Source of the DNA: Granulicella sp. | GTDB taxonomy: Bacteria > Acidobacteriota > Terriglobia > Terriglobales > Acidobacteriaceae | Length of the DNA stretch: 64,000 nt | Direction: 5' to 3' | Assembly: GCA_027339965.1 (NCBI GenBank) | Contig: DAHWNL010000034.1 | Location: 1 to 64,000, forward strand | Shown: in pieces, positions 9,152-22,549 of the stretch | Layout: each line of letters opens with the position of its first letter | Numbering within the stretch: position 1 is the stretch's first letter | Translations under genes and position numbers: made by a program | The notes under the pieces: model-generated | What the model saw: only the letters and a program-made list of their open reading frames with translations | What the model was told of the DNA's origin: nothing | The model's database searches: none

Positions 9152-11899
9152 TCAACGGCTGTTTCTGTCAATGGCGTCCAGCAGAGCCGTTCGCAACTCC
9201 CTCTCCTGCCCCGCGGTCAGCCGCCTTCCCTCGGAGGTCAGGTAGAAGACATCGATGGCAGTCTCCCCCTCGGTATCCACCAGCGCCACTTCCACATTGA
9301 AGCCAAGATCGCTCAGGGTTGCGCTAATCGCACGCAGGAGTCCGGGCACATCTTGCGTGATCACCTGCAGCAGCGTGCTGTGGGAGGATGCCGTCTCATC
9401 AAACTCGATTCGGGTCTCCACCGCCACTCGCGGAGCACGGCGCCGGGGCCGGCGGCGGCTGCTCAGCATCTTTTCCACGGAACTTCTGCCCGCCACCAAG
9501 TCCCGCACGCTGGACAGAAATCTCGCCCGCTCACTTTCGTTCAGCTCCAAAGTGTGGAAGGTGTCAGTAAATCGGAAGGTGTCCACCACCACGCCGGCCT
9601 GGTTGGCAAAGGCGTCCGCGGTGACCACATTCATCCCCCAGGCAGCCAGGGCCGCCGTAATCCCCGCAAACAGCCGTGAACGGTCGGGAGTAACCAACGT
9701 GACTTCATTCACCATCGAACCGGACTGCGTTGCCCCGTGGTGAAAGATCATTTGAAATGGATCCTCCTCGAATCGCTGCGCCATCTCGAAGTGCAGCAGC
9801 ATCGTCTCGGCCGACCGCGTGCTGACGTATCGCTCTGGAAAGCCCTTCAGAAAATGCTCCATCTCCGCCTCCCGGCCGGGCAACAGTGCCAGAACCCTAG
9901 CGATCTTCTCATTCTTGCGCCAGAACCCGGCTCCACCTACGGAAACCCGCGTGTGCACCCGCTCTTCATCGACACTTCGATCCAACTGATTGGAGGTTGC
10001 GATGTAGAGCCGCCACAGGCTCTCGGCCTTCCATGGCGTCAAGGCGTCCGGATGCACCGCAGCGATATCGGCATACGTGAACAGGGTCAACATGCGCAAC
10101 GACTCATGAGTTTGCACCCTTCCCGCAAACGCCCGCACGGTCTCGGCATCGAAGATGTCGCGCCGGATTGCGGCCGACATCTCCAAATGCATCTCGATGA
10201 GGCGCAGAACCTGACTGGAGTCATAGGCATCCATCTCCAGCCTTTGCAGCACGCTGTGCGCAAGCCGCGCGCTCTCCGCCGCGTGGCTCTCTCCCAGGCG
10301 TCCTTTGCCGGTGTCATGCAGCAGGGCAGCCAGAAACAAAAGCGCCGGGCTCTGGAGTTCTGCCAGAATGGCTCCGAAGCGCAACCTCCAGGCTTCCATC
10401 TCCTGGTGGGGCTCTCGAATTCCCTCCTTCGCCGCCTCCCTGCCCCGGCTTCTGCCGCGCTCCGCAGGTGGATCCGCCATGCCGTGCAGGGTATCGATCA
10501 AGACGAAGGTGTGTTCATCCACCGTGTAGCGGTGATAGGCATCACGAATCACGAGGGCGTCGATCCCGTGGAACTCCGGCAGAATCAGTTCCAGCACACC
10601 CAGCGAATGCATGGCGCGCAGCGCATGCCCGGCCTGCCGTCCCGTCAGAATGGCGGCAAGATGTCTCCACAACCCTGGGCCCTCTTCCAAATTCGCTGAG
10701 AGCAGCGGAGTCGCCGCCACGATTCTGTCTTCGCTACTGTGCGCCAGGCAGGCTCCGCTCTCCGCCATGGCGCGAAACGCCAGGAGCACGGTCTCCGGTT
10801 CGAGCGCAGCATCCAATCCTCGAGAAGAAATCGGATCGAGTTCCAGTACCCCGGCTTTGATCCTGAATCCGCTCTGACTGGCCCCCCGAAGCCGTTTGAC
10901 TGAAGTCGGCGTTTCCACTTGCAGCCCGGATCTCTCCGCCTCGCGCAGCAAACGCTTTTCAATTGCCCGGGCATGACGAAAGTAGACCCGCATCCAGTAC
11001 GCCGCATCCACGCCCGATCCAGCCCGATCGGAGAGACCGATCCGCCGCTGGGCGGCTGCATCCTGCGCCTCCCAGTCCAGGATGTTGTCATCCCTCTCAT
11101 GGCGATAGTGCAGAAAACAACGCACGGCGAACAGAAACGCCACGGCCTCCCACAGATCTTCGCCCTCCAGCTGATCCCCAGGAGCACCGTCAGCTTGCTT
11201 TAGCTGCCCAAGCGGTCGCCCCTTTTCTGCTCCATAGGGAAGGGTCAGACGTTTGCCTGAACGCAGCTCGTGCAGCCAGTGAGAGGCATTCACATCCCGC
11301 AATCCGCCAGGGGAGTCTTTGATATTGGGTTCCAAGTGAAACAGCGTGTCGCCAAACTTTGCGTGACGCACTCGCGTCAACCTTGCCAGGGCTTCGCCAA
11401 TCGCCCTGCCGTCGCGGGAACGCAGCTTTGCCAACGACTTTTCCTCGAATCGAGAAAAGAGAACTGCATCGCCACCCAGCCGGCGAACGTCGAGAAGCGA
11501 AAGCGCAAACTCCGGATTGTCGTTGTCCAGGCGCTCGCAATCCCCCGGCGTTCTGGTAGCCAGCGATACCTGAAGTCCGCAATCCCACAGCGACTGCGAG
11601 ATTCTGCGGATGGGCTCCTTGGCCGGCTTCTCCATCCCCTTCTCGACGCAAAACAACAGATCCACATCAGAACAGGGAAAGAGATGTCCTCTGCCGTAGC
11701 CGCCGATCGCGCAGACCGCCACCCCCTTGCCCAGGGCGGGCTCTGCCTGCAGCGCTTCCGACCAGAACTGGAGCACAACGTCATCGACCAGGGCAGACCG
11801 GCCCGCCGTGGCGCGCAAACCATCTCCATTGGATTCGAAGAGGCCGCGAATCTCCGCCATTCTTCTCTCGTAGGCGCCGCGTGCAGTTACCCCCGACAT
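9152..11899 (-). CDS. glnD: Bifunctional PII uridylyl(nucleotidyl)transferase/removing enzyme GlnD
   Basis: GGYGRG..FPCSDVDL nucleotidyltransferase motif, LEPNIKDSPGGLRD, HD domain (HRYTVDEHT, LLHDTGKG), two C-terminal ACT domains. Confidence 0.92.
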   Translation of the reverse strand: MSGVTARGAYERRMAEIRGLFESNGDGLRATAGRSALVDDVVLQFWSEALQAEPALGKGVAVCAIGGYGRGHLFPCSDVDLLFCVEKGMEKPAKEPIRRISQSLWDCGLQVSLATRTPGDCERLDNDNPEFALSLLDVRRLGGDAVLFSRFEEKSLAKLRSRDGRAIGEALARLTRVRHAKFGDTLFHLEPNIKDSPGGLRDVNASHWLHELRSGKRLTLPYGAEKGRPLGQLKQADGAPGDQLEGEDLWEAVAFLFAVRCFLHYRHERDDNILDWEAQDAAAQRRIGLSDRAGSGVDAAYWMRVYFRHARAIEKRLLREAERSGLQVETPTSVKRLRGASQSGFRIKAGVLELDPISSRGLDAALEPETVLLAFRAMAESGACLAHSSEDRIVAATPLLSANLEEGPGLWRHLAAILTGRQAGHALRAMHSLGVLELILPEFHGIDALVIRDAYHRYTVDEHTFVLIDTLHGMADPPAERGRSRGREAAKEGIREPHQEMEAWRLRFGAILAELQSPALLFLAALLHDTGKGRLGESHAAESARLAHSVLQRLEMDAYDSSQVLRLIEMHLEMSAAIRRDIFDAETVRAFAGRVQTHESLRMLTLFTYADIAAVHPDALTPWKAESLWRLYIATSNQLDRSVDEERVHTRVSVGGAGFWRKNEKIARVLALLPGREAEMEHFLKGFPERYVSTRSAETMLLHFEMAQRFEEDPFQMIFHHGATQSGSMVNEVTLVTPDRSRLFAGITAALAAWGMNVVTADAFANQAGVVVDTFRFTDTFHTLELNESERARFLSSVRDLVAGRSSVEKMLSSRRRPRRRAPRVAVETRIEFDETASSHSTLLQVITQDVPGLLRAISATLSDLGFNVEVALVDTEGETAIDVFYLTSEGRRLTAGQERELRTALLDAIDRNSR

Positions 11900-11960
11900 C
11901 GGATCCCTCCCCTGCCGCCATGCTTCGCATCACTGAAATCCGGGTCCCTGGCTTCAAGGC

Positions 11961-13774
<1,814 letters not shown>

Positions 13775-14244
13775 GGCAATCTCTGCCTGCCTCCCTTGGA
13801 TCTTTCGCTTTGTCCTTCATCCCTGCGCGGTTTTGGCTCCCCGCCGCGGAACCACACCTTGGGCGCAGCCCCCCGCAGCCGCCGCGCGGCCTGCGGAAAT
13901 CTTTTTCCATTTGATACTCATTCAAAAAGACTTATATGCCATAACCACGCTTCGCGGATCTGATTCCAAGCCGATCCAGGTACTTGCGACGCCGGTTGTT
14001 CCAGTTTCCTTAGTCTATAACCATTCCAGGTCTCCATGAGGAAGAGGAAGAACCCAGAGCTCTTCAGGGAGACATTCGAGACATTCCGACGAGCAGAGAG
14101 ACATTCACCCGGTGCACGCCCGCGACTTTGGTCCTTGAGGGTGCTGAGCAGGCACCAATCTCCGCCACAAACATCAACCGGGGCGCGCCGCCGCTGGCTA
14201 AAGCCCCATTCCCCTTCTCTGATACCTTGCGTTACTCTCTGAGG

Positions 14245-14613
14245 ATGTCCAATCCATGGCTTCATCTCCGCTGGTCAGAAGAGCCGGTCACGCAACTCAA
14301 TCCTCTTCTCCGCCGTCAGTTCGTCTCCGGGACGCAGTGTATGCTCGCTCGCCTGGAACTCCGGAAAGGCTGTACCGTCCCCCGTTATCAGCACCACCAC
14401 GAGCAGATCTCTTCCGTCCTGCGTGGAGCGCTACGTTTCCTGATGGGCGAAGAGGGTGCAACGGTGGAGACGATCGTACGCGAAGGCGAGGCTCTGGTCA
14501 TCCCCGGCCATGTTCTCCATGCCGTCGAGGCGTTAGAGGATGCCCTCGTTCTGGACGTCTTCGCCCCTCCCCGCACAGACTGGATCGCCGGCGACGATGC
14601 ATATCTGCGTTGA
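14245..14613 (+). CDS. Cupin-domain protein (KdgF-like)
   Basis: HHHEQIS.VLRG, IPGHVLHAV.ALED, LDVFAPPR.DW. Start set at ATG 14245. Confidence 0.8.
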   Translation: MSNPWLHLRWSEEPVTQLNPLLRRQFVSGTQCMLARLELRKGCTVPRYQHHHEQISSVLRGALRFLMGEEGATVETIVREGEALVIPGHVLHAVEALEDALVLDVFAPPRTDWIAGDDAYLR

Positions 14614-14711
14614 TGGAAAAGTTGCTGTATCTTGTTGACGCAGGTTGAGGATCACTTCTCCCGCAACGGGGGCATCTGGACCGGACGCGAGAGGAAATAA
14701 GGAGTATACCC

Positions 14712-15323
14712 ATGACGGATCTGGTCAAGCGTCAATTAGCCCAATCCATCGCCACCATGACTCGCGTCTTGCGTGACGAGAGCATTCATGCCGCCGTCGT
14801 CTCCGCAGCCCACATCATTACCGATGCCCTAAAGGCAGGACATAAGCTGCTGGTCTGCGGCAATGGAGGGTCAGCCGCCGACGCGCAGCATCTGGTGGCG
14901 GAGTTTGTCGCCCGCCTTACCGTAGACCGGCCTGCTTTGCGCGCCGTGGCCCTTACCACCGACACCAGCATCCTGACCGCGATCGGAAACGACCACTCCT
15001 ATGACAACATCTTCGAACGCCAGGTAGAAGCACTTGGCCAACCCGGAGACGTGCTTCTGGCGATCTCCACCTCCGGTAACTCCAAGAACTGCGTCAAAGC
15101 CCTCAATCAGGCCAAGCAACTGGGCGTGCGTACACTGGCCTTTACCGGCAACCAAGGCGGCGCCATGAGGGATCTGGCCGAGATCAACGTCATCATCCCC
15201 TCCCAGACCACCATGAACATTCAGGAGTGCCACCTCGCTCTGGAGCACATCCTGTGCATGCTGGTGGAGCGCTTCACTTTTGGAGAAGAGTTTGGTGAGC
15301 GGCCCAGGCTGCTCTCGGAGTAG
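14712..15323 (+). CDS. gmhA: Phosphoheptose isomerase (SIS domain)
   Basis: CGNGGSAADAQH, TAIGND, ISTSGNS, IQECH; AAGGAG SD. Confidence 0.93.
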   Translation: MTDLVKRQLAQSIATMTRVLRDESIHAAVVSAAHIITDALKAGHKLLVCGNGGSAADAQHLVAEFVARLTVDRPALRAVALTTDTSILTAIGNDHSYDNIFERQVEALGQPGDVLLAISTSGNSKNCVKALNQAKQLGVRTLAFTGNQGGAMRDLAEINVIIPSQTTMNIQECHLALEHILCMLVERFTFGEEFGERPRLLSE

Positions 15324-15328
15324 ATCCT

Positions 15329-16663
15329 TCAGACTCCGGCGTGATCCTCCATCTCCGCCTCTGCGGCTCCGGCAAGGATCCCCATCTCCGCATAGATCGG
15401 GCGCATCGCCTTGCGCACCGCCGGTAGCTGGGTGGTAAACCACAGAGAGCCAAGCACACACATCGACCCGTTCAGCATCACCGTATGCGGCGCGCCAAAG
15501 TGATGCGCCAGATACCCTGCCAGCAGACTGCCAAATGGAGCCATGCCTACAAAGGCCATGGTGTAATAGCTCATGACCCGGGCGCGCTTGTCTTCCGGCA
15601 CCAACGTCTGAATCACCGTATTGCTGGCGGCCATACCCTGCATCATGCCAAAGCCCACCACCATAAGCAGCAACATGGACAGCCAAAGCACATCGGAGAA
15701 ACCCAGGAGAATCAGCCCCGCTCCAAACATGCCGGCGGCGATCTGAATCATCGTCGTCAGTCCGCGCACGCTCTTGCGCATCGCCAATGATATGGCCGAT
15801 ATCAGAGCCCCCGCCCCCGAGGCGCCCGTGAGAAAGCCCAGCGTATGCGCTCCACCATGGAGAACGCCACCGGCAAAGATCGGCAACAGCACCGAAAAGG
15901 GCATACCCATCAGGTTGGTCAGCGCAAACAGCAGAAGGATCGTTTGGACCGGCTTGAAGCTGCTCACATAGGCCCAGCCCTCCTGCATCCGCGCCAGCAT
16001 GGAAGTCGAGGCATGGCCCAGCCCGTTCGGCCTCAACTTCATCATCAACAGTGAGAGAATCACCGCTCCGTAGCTGATGCCGTCTATCAGAAAGCAATAC
16101 CCTTCACCCACCCAGGCGATCACCAGCCCGGCCAGCGCCGGCCCAACCATCCGGGCCAGATTCACAATCGACGAGTTGATGGCGATAGCATTGCTCAGAT
16201 CCTCCTTGTCATCCACCATCTTCACCAGAAAAGCCTGGCGGCCCGGCATATCAAAGGCGTTGATCAAGCCCTGTAGGGAAGCCAGGACGATAACATCCCT
16301 GATGTTGATCATCCTGGAGAGCGTCAGGCCGGCGAGCGTCAGAGACTGCAGGCCGGCCAGGGTCTGGGTACACACAAGAAGCTTGCGCCGGTCCATCCGT
16401 TCCACCCATACACCGGCGAACGGCGCCAGCAGAAAGGTGAGAATCTGTCCCGAAAACCCCACCACACCCAGCAGCAGCGCCGACCCGGTCAGCCGATAAA
16501 CCAGCCAGCTCGTCGCCAGCCGAGTCATCCATGTGCCGATGACGGAAAGACTCTGCCCGGAGACAAACAGCTTGAAGTTGCGATGCTTGAGAGCTCGCCA
16601 GGCATGCGCAAACCGGCTGTTCGCCCGCTCCGCCGCCATCTCTTCCGCCACTCTTCCCACCAT
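15329..16663 (-). CDS. MFS transporter
   Basis: About 12 hydrophobic segments; RNFKLF..GQ..S..GTW and G...ERMDRRK MFS motif. Confidence 0.88.
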   Translation of the reverse strand: MVGRVAEEMAAERANSRFAHAWRALKHRNFKLFVSGQSLSVIGTWMTRLATSWLVYRLTGSALLLGVVGFSGQILTFLLAPFAGVWVERMDRRKLLVCTQTLAGLQSLTLAGLTLSRMINIRDVIVLASLQGLINAFDMPGRQAFLVKMVDDKEDLSNAIAINSSIVNLARMVGPALAGLVIAWVGEGYCFLIDGISYGAVILSLLMMKLRPNGLGHASTSMLARMQEGWAYVSSFKPVQTILLLFALTNLMGMPFSVLLPIFAGGVLHGGAHTLGFLTGASGAGALISAISLAMRKSVRGLTTMIQIAAGMFGAGLILLGFSDVLWLSMLLLMVVGFGMMQGMAASNTVIQTLVPEDKRARVMSYYTMAFVGMAPFGSLLAGYLAHHFGAPHTVMLNGSMCVLGSLWFTTQLPAVRKAMRPIYAEMGILAGAAEAEMEDHAGV

Positions 16664-16854
16664 CTCACTCTACATGCTACGGCCTGTCCCGGGGGCGCAA
16701 CCTCGATCGCGGGCTATGAAGCGTGAGCATCGTGTATCGAGGTCTTTCCCACGCTCTGGAGCAAAGATGGCTCGCACTGCCGCAGAGCGGAGAGCTCCAG
16801 CCCGCTCCATGTTCTCAGTCCATCCCTGCGGAAGCGCTCCCACCCCCGGCCTGC

Positions 16855-19023
<2,169 letters not shown>

Positions 19024-19135
19024 CAAAAAACAGAGACCTCGAGAGATACAGACTGGACTGTCCGTCAAAAGGATACCTCGGCTCCGTGCCCGCCGCCGAA
19101 CGCCGGACATCTTCACAGAGCGGTACTCTCGAATC

Positions 19136-19762
19136 ATGCACTTTGTCACCCGGTTTCTACTCTCGGCCACCAGCCCTGACCACTTTCCAACTCCCGCGCG
19201 CACCTTCGATGCCCCGGAGGTTGCCTTCCTGGGGCGTTCGAACGTTGGCAAATCTTCCCTGATCAACGCGCTGCTGGGCGCCCCGGAGGCAAAGGTCTCC
19301 TCCACGCCCGGCCGCACTCGCGCCATCAACTTCTTTGCGCTGCACAAGATCGCCGGCAAAAGTGGCGGGACAAACTTCGCCCCGCGTCCTTCATTGATCT
19401 TCGCCGACCTGCCCGGATACGGCTATGCCAAACTCTCTAAGTCGATCTCCGCCGAGTGGCCCACCTTCATCGAGCCCTACCTGGGTGAGCGCCGGCAGCT
19501 TGCGCTCTGCCTGTGCCTGGTAGACACCAACATTCCACCCCAGCCGAGCGATACCCTTCTCATCAACGCCCTGCACGCCATGCAGCGTCCTCATTTGGTG
19601 GTGGGCACCAAGTCCGATCGCCTCAGCGGCAACCAGCTTGCCAAGTCGCTCGCGGCGCTATGCAAGGCCCATGAGGTGGACCGCGTTCTACCCGCCTCTT
19701 CCAAGTCCCCGGGCGGCGTCAAAGCCCTTTGGCCGGAGATCCTTGGGGTCCTCGAAGACTAA
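19136..19762 (+). CDS. engB: Ribosome-biogenesis GTPase EngB/YihA
   Basis: G1 GRSNVGKSS, TPGRT, G3 DLPGYGYA, G4 TKSD. Start ATG 19136. Confidence 0.92.
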   Translation: MHFVTRFLLSATSPDHFPTPARTFDAPEVAFLGRSNVGKSSLINALLGAPEAKVSSTPGRTRAINFFALHKIAGKSGGTNFAPRPSLIFADLPGYGYAKLSKSISAEWPTFIEPYLGERRQLALCLCLVDTNIPPQPSDTLLINALHAMQRPHLVVGTKSDRLSGNQLAKSLAALCKAHEVDRVLPASSKSPGGVKALWPEILGVLED

Positions 19763-19982
19763 CTTCGACTGTCTGGAGCCCCCAGCTCCACCGCGGTCAC
19801 TCTTCACCGGAGAGGAGCCGCACCCACCCCAGCGCAGCGCTGACTCCCGGCTTGAATGGCAATGCAGCGAACGGACTGATAGACTCACGAGCAGAACGGA
19901 GCTGGCACCATAATCAATCACGCATGAAGAAATCACCTGCGCCAATTGCGGTCGCTCACACCGCTTTCACTATAGTCAGGAT

Positions 19983-20140
19983 CCGGGTGACCAAAACAAA
20001 AAGTCGAGGAGCCCTGCAACAACTGCGGGGAACCGCTGAGCGGCCCACGAACAAGGTGGGCAACCGAGGATGGAAAAGTCGTACACCCAGGGTAGAGGAC
20101 AGCCGCTGCGTTGAGCCCTGGAAACCCTCAACTGCGCACG
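19983..20140 (+). ncRNA. Candidate structured small RNA (family not recognised)
   Basis: TATAGT -10 at 19971-19976; closing stem GGGTG/CACCC around three short hairpins; 3' hairpin GTTGAG/CTCAAC. No convincing ORF. Confidence 0.35.
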
Positions 20141-20148
20141 TTTGGAAA

Positions 20149-20838
20149 TCACAAACTGGCCCGCTCCGCCTCCGTCAACCACGCTACCCGCGCTCCTCCC
20201 GGCGCGGGCCGCTGGTATCGCGCAATGCGCTGGATCCATGCGCGTCTCACGGTGTCCCCCTCCGGCAGCACGGCCAGCAGCCGTGCATCCACATCCCTCA
20301 ATCCGGTCATCGTCGCCGCCGCCATCGCCGTCTCCACCCATCCCCGCTCTTCCAGCCATCGCTGCAAGCCTTCACTGGGATGCACCATCCCGGCGCCGCT
20401 CTCCAGCACCAGCAACTCCCTGCCCAGGCTGTTCACTCGATCCACCACTCCGTCGAAGGCCACCCGCAGCTCCGGCAGGACGCCCCGCTCCCGCAACTCC
20501 TCCAGCGCCGGGTCGGTTTCGCCCTCCAGCACAACGCTGAGTGGGCATCCCTTGCGAATCTCGTTCTTCAGCACCCGCAGAGCCTCAGTGAGGGTGTTCA
20601 CCACAAAGTCCACCCCGCCTTGGCGAAAGACTGACTTCACCACAGCCGCGTCTGAGTCCAGCACTAGCGTGGCGCCGCCGGCGATGCTCGCCGCTGCCGG
20701 CAGCCCGGTGGCTGACACCCCAGGGCCGCAGGCAAAGAGCAGACGGCCAGCCCAGTTCTCGCGCCGAGCCATTAACTCGCCATAGATCCTCAGCGTCTGC
20801 CGCTGCAGATCCTCAGCTCTCTCCAGCACCTGTCCCAC
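20149..20838 (-). CDS. Short urocanase-like (HutU Rossmann-region) protein
   Basis: A..IAGGATLVLD...VDFVVNTLTEALRVLKNEIRKG.PLSVVLEG resembles the central NAD-binding region of urocanate hydratase. Only 229 aa. Confidence 0.55.
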   Translation of the reverse strand: MGQVLERAEDLQRQTLRIYGELMARRENWAGRLLFACGPGVSATGLPAAASIAGGATLVLDSDAAVVKSVFRQGGVDFVVNTLTEALRVLKNEIRKGCPLSVVLEGETDPALEELRERGVLPELRVAFDGVVDRVNSLGRELLVLESGAGMVHPSEGLQRWLEERGWVETAMAAATMTGLRDVDARLLAVLPEGDTVRRAWIQRIARYQRPAPGGARVAWLTEAERASL

Positions 20839-20852
20839 CCCTCTCCCTGCAC

Positions 20853-20890
20853 AAAAGGGACCCTGCAGCCGTTGGCATCGCAGGGCCCCT
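20853..20890 (-). terminator. Probable terminator after ino1
   Basis: On the minus strand, AGGGGCCCTGC...GCAGGGTCCCT stem followed by a T-run. Confidence 0.55.
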
Positions 20891-20920
20891 CTGGTCTTTA
20901 TGCTTGCCGCTCCGCAGGCG

Positions 20921-22261
20921 CTACTCTCCGTAGTACTCCAATCCGAGATGCGTGATCAGATCCTCGCCCATGATATGACGCAGGGTGTTCTTCATCTTCA
21001 TCTGCTGGATGAATAGATCGTGCTCTGGATAGACCCCCGGAGCGCTGTCCGGATCTTTGAAGAAGAAGCTCAGCCACTCCTGGATTCCCAACCCGCGCAG
21101 CGCGGGCGTGCGCGCGGCCAGATCCATGAACAGGCAGAGATCCAGTGCCAGAGGAGCGGCCAGAATCGAGTCGCGACAGAGGAAGTCCACCTTAATCTGC
21201 ATCGGGTACCCGAGCCAACCGAAGATGTCGATGTTATCCCATCCCTCTTTGTTATCTCCGCGTGGCGGGTAATAGTTGATTCGTACTTTGTGAAACACGT
21301 CGCCGTACAAATCCGGGTTCTTTTCGGGCTGGAAGATGTGTTCCAGCACACCAAGCTTGGAGACCTCCTTGGTCTTGAAGTTGTCTGGATCATCCAGCAC
21401 CTCTCCGTCGCGGTTGCCCAGGATGTTGGTGGAGTACCATCCGCTCACCCCCAGTTGGCGCGCCTTGAAGCCTGGCGCCAGCACCGTCTTCAGAAAGGTT
21501 TGCCCGGTCTTGAAGTCCTTGCCGCAGATGGGCGCATTCATCTTTTTGGAGAGCTCTTGCATGGCGGGAATGTCCACGGTAAGATTCGGCGCCCCATTGG
21601 CAAAGGGGATCCCCTCCTTCAGCGCAGCCCATGCATAGAGCATGGACGGCGAGATGTCCGGATCATCCGCCACCAGGCCCTTTTCAAACGCCTCCAAGGT
21701 CTGATGCACCGGCTTGGGCTCAATATAGATCTCCGTCGAACCACACCAGATCATCACCTGACGGTCGGTCTTGGTCTTGAACTCCGCAATCTCATTTCGA
21801 ATCTGGCTGGCCAGATCACACTTGTTCTTGCCCACCTTCTGCACCTTGGGCGTCAGACGCTTCACCCAGCGCTGATCGAAGGCTGCCGGCATCGGCTCAA
21901 TGCTTTGCAGGAACCCCTTCATGCTGTCCAACTGCTCGCGATCCAGCACTCCGGCCGTCCTGGCAGCGTCGTACAGGTTGCCCCCAAAGATGTCCCAACC
22001 GGTGAAGACCAGGTCGTCGAGCCGCGCCAAGGGAGCCCAATCCTTGATCAGTGGGGTACGATTCTCCGTGCGTTTGCCCAACCGGATCGTTCCCATCTGC
22101 GTCGTTGAGCCAAATGGCTTGGCAAATCCTCTCCGAACTGCCTCCACCCCGGCGATGAGCGTCGTCGCGACTGCTCCCATCCCAGGAATCATGATTCCAA
22201 GTTTTCCAGCGGCTGGCTTGATGCTGGCCGCATCAGGCGAGCCGGCTTTGGGTATCGACAT
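20921..22261 (-). CDS. ino1: myo-inositol-1-phosphate synthase
   Basis: GMGAVATT, FTGWDI, NGAP, GKDFKTGQT, TNILGNRDG, CRDSILAAPL.LDL. Start ATG 22261. Confidence 0.92.
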   Translation of the reverse strand: MSIPKAGSPDAASIKPAAGKLGIMIPGMGAVATTLIAGVEAVRRGFAKPFGSTTQMGTIRLGKRTENRTPLIKDWAPLARLDDLVFTGWDIFGGNLYDAARTAGVLDREQLDSMKGFLQSIEPMPAAFDQRWVKRLTPKVQKVGKNKCDLASQIRNEIAEFKTKTDRQVMIWCGSTEIYIEPKPVHQTLEAFEKGLVADDPDISPSMLYAWAALKEGIPFANGAPNLTVDIPAMQELSKKMNAPICGKDFKTGQTFLKTVLAPGFKARQLGVSGWYSTNILGNRDGEVLDDPDNFKTKEVSKLGVLEHIFQPEKNPDLYGDVFHKVRINYYPPRGDNKEGWDNIDIFGWLGYPMQIKVDFLCRDSILAAPLALDLCLFMDLAARTPALRGLGIQEWLSFFFKDPDSAPGVYPEHDLFIQQMKMKNTLRHIMGEDLITHLGLEYYGE

Positions 22262-22549
22262 TGCGTTAAAAACCTTCCTGAAGTGCAAAGTTCCGTTCCT
22301 GCAACGGCTCCGCGCAGGGGTTGGGGGTTGGCGATCGCGATCTCTTTCCCGGAATCATGCATCACCCCGAGACTTCCAAGAGGCGCGCAACACCTCTTTT
22401 GGGAGGGGATACGATCGCGCTGGTTCACCCTCTCACGGCGAGAAGCTGCTCTAGCATCGAGCGGACACATCAAGTATCTCTCTTTGATAAACCGGGTTGC
22501 AAATAGCCGCAAGTCTTCTCGTATCATTCAATTTGAGGAACAGCAAGAA

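Noticed and set aside
13925..13945. Possible sigma54 promoter for amtB (TGGCAT on the minus strand)
   Set aside because: No TTGC/GC at the required -12 spacing.
14871..16097. 408-aa alternative-frame ORF and other long shadow ORFs (for example 21020-22108, 36792-37841, 6759-7778, 19729-20634)
   Set aside because: They overlap clearly identified genes in another frame or antisense, lack family motifs, and are expected in GC-rich DNA.
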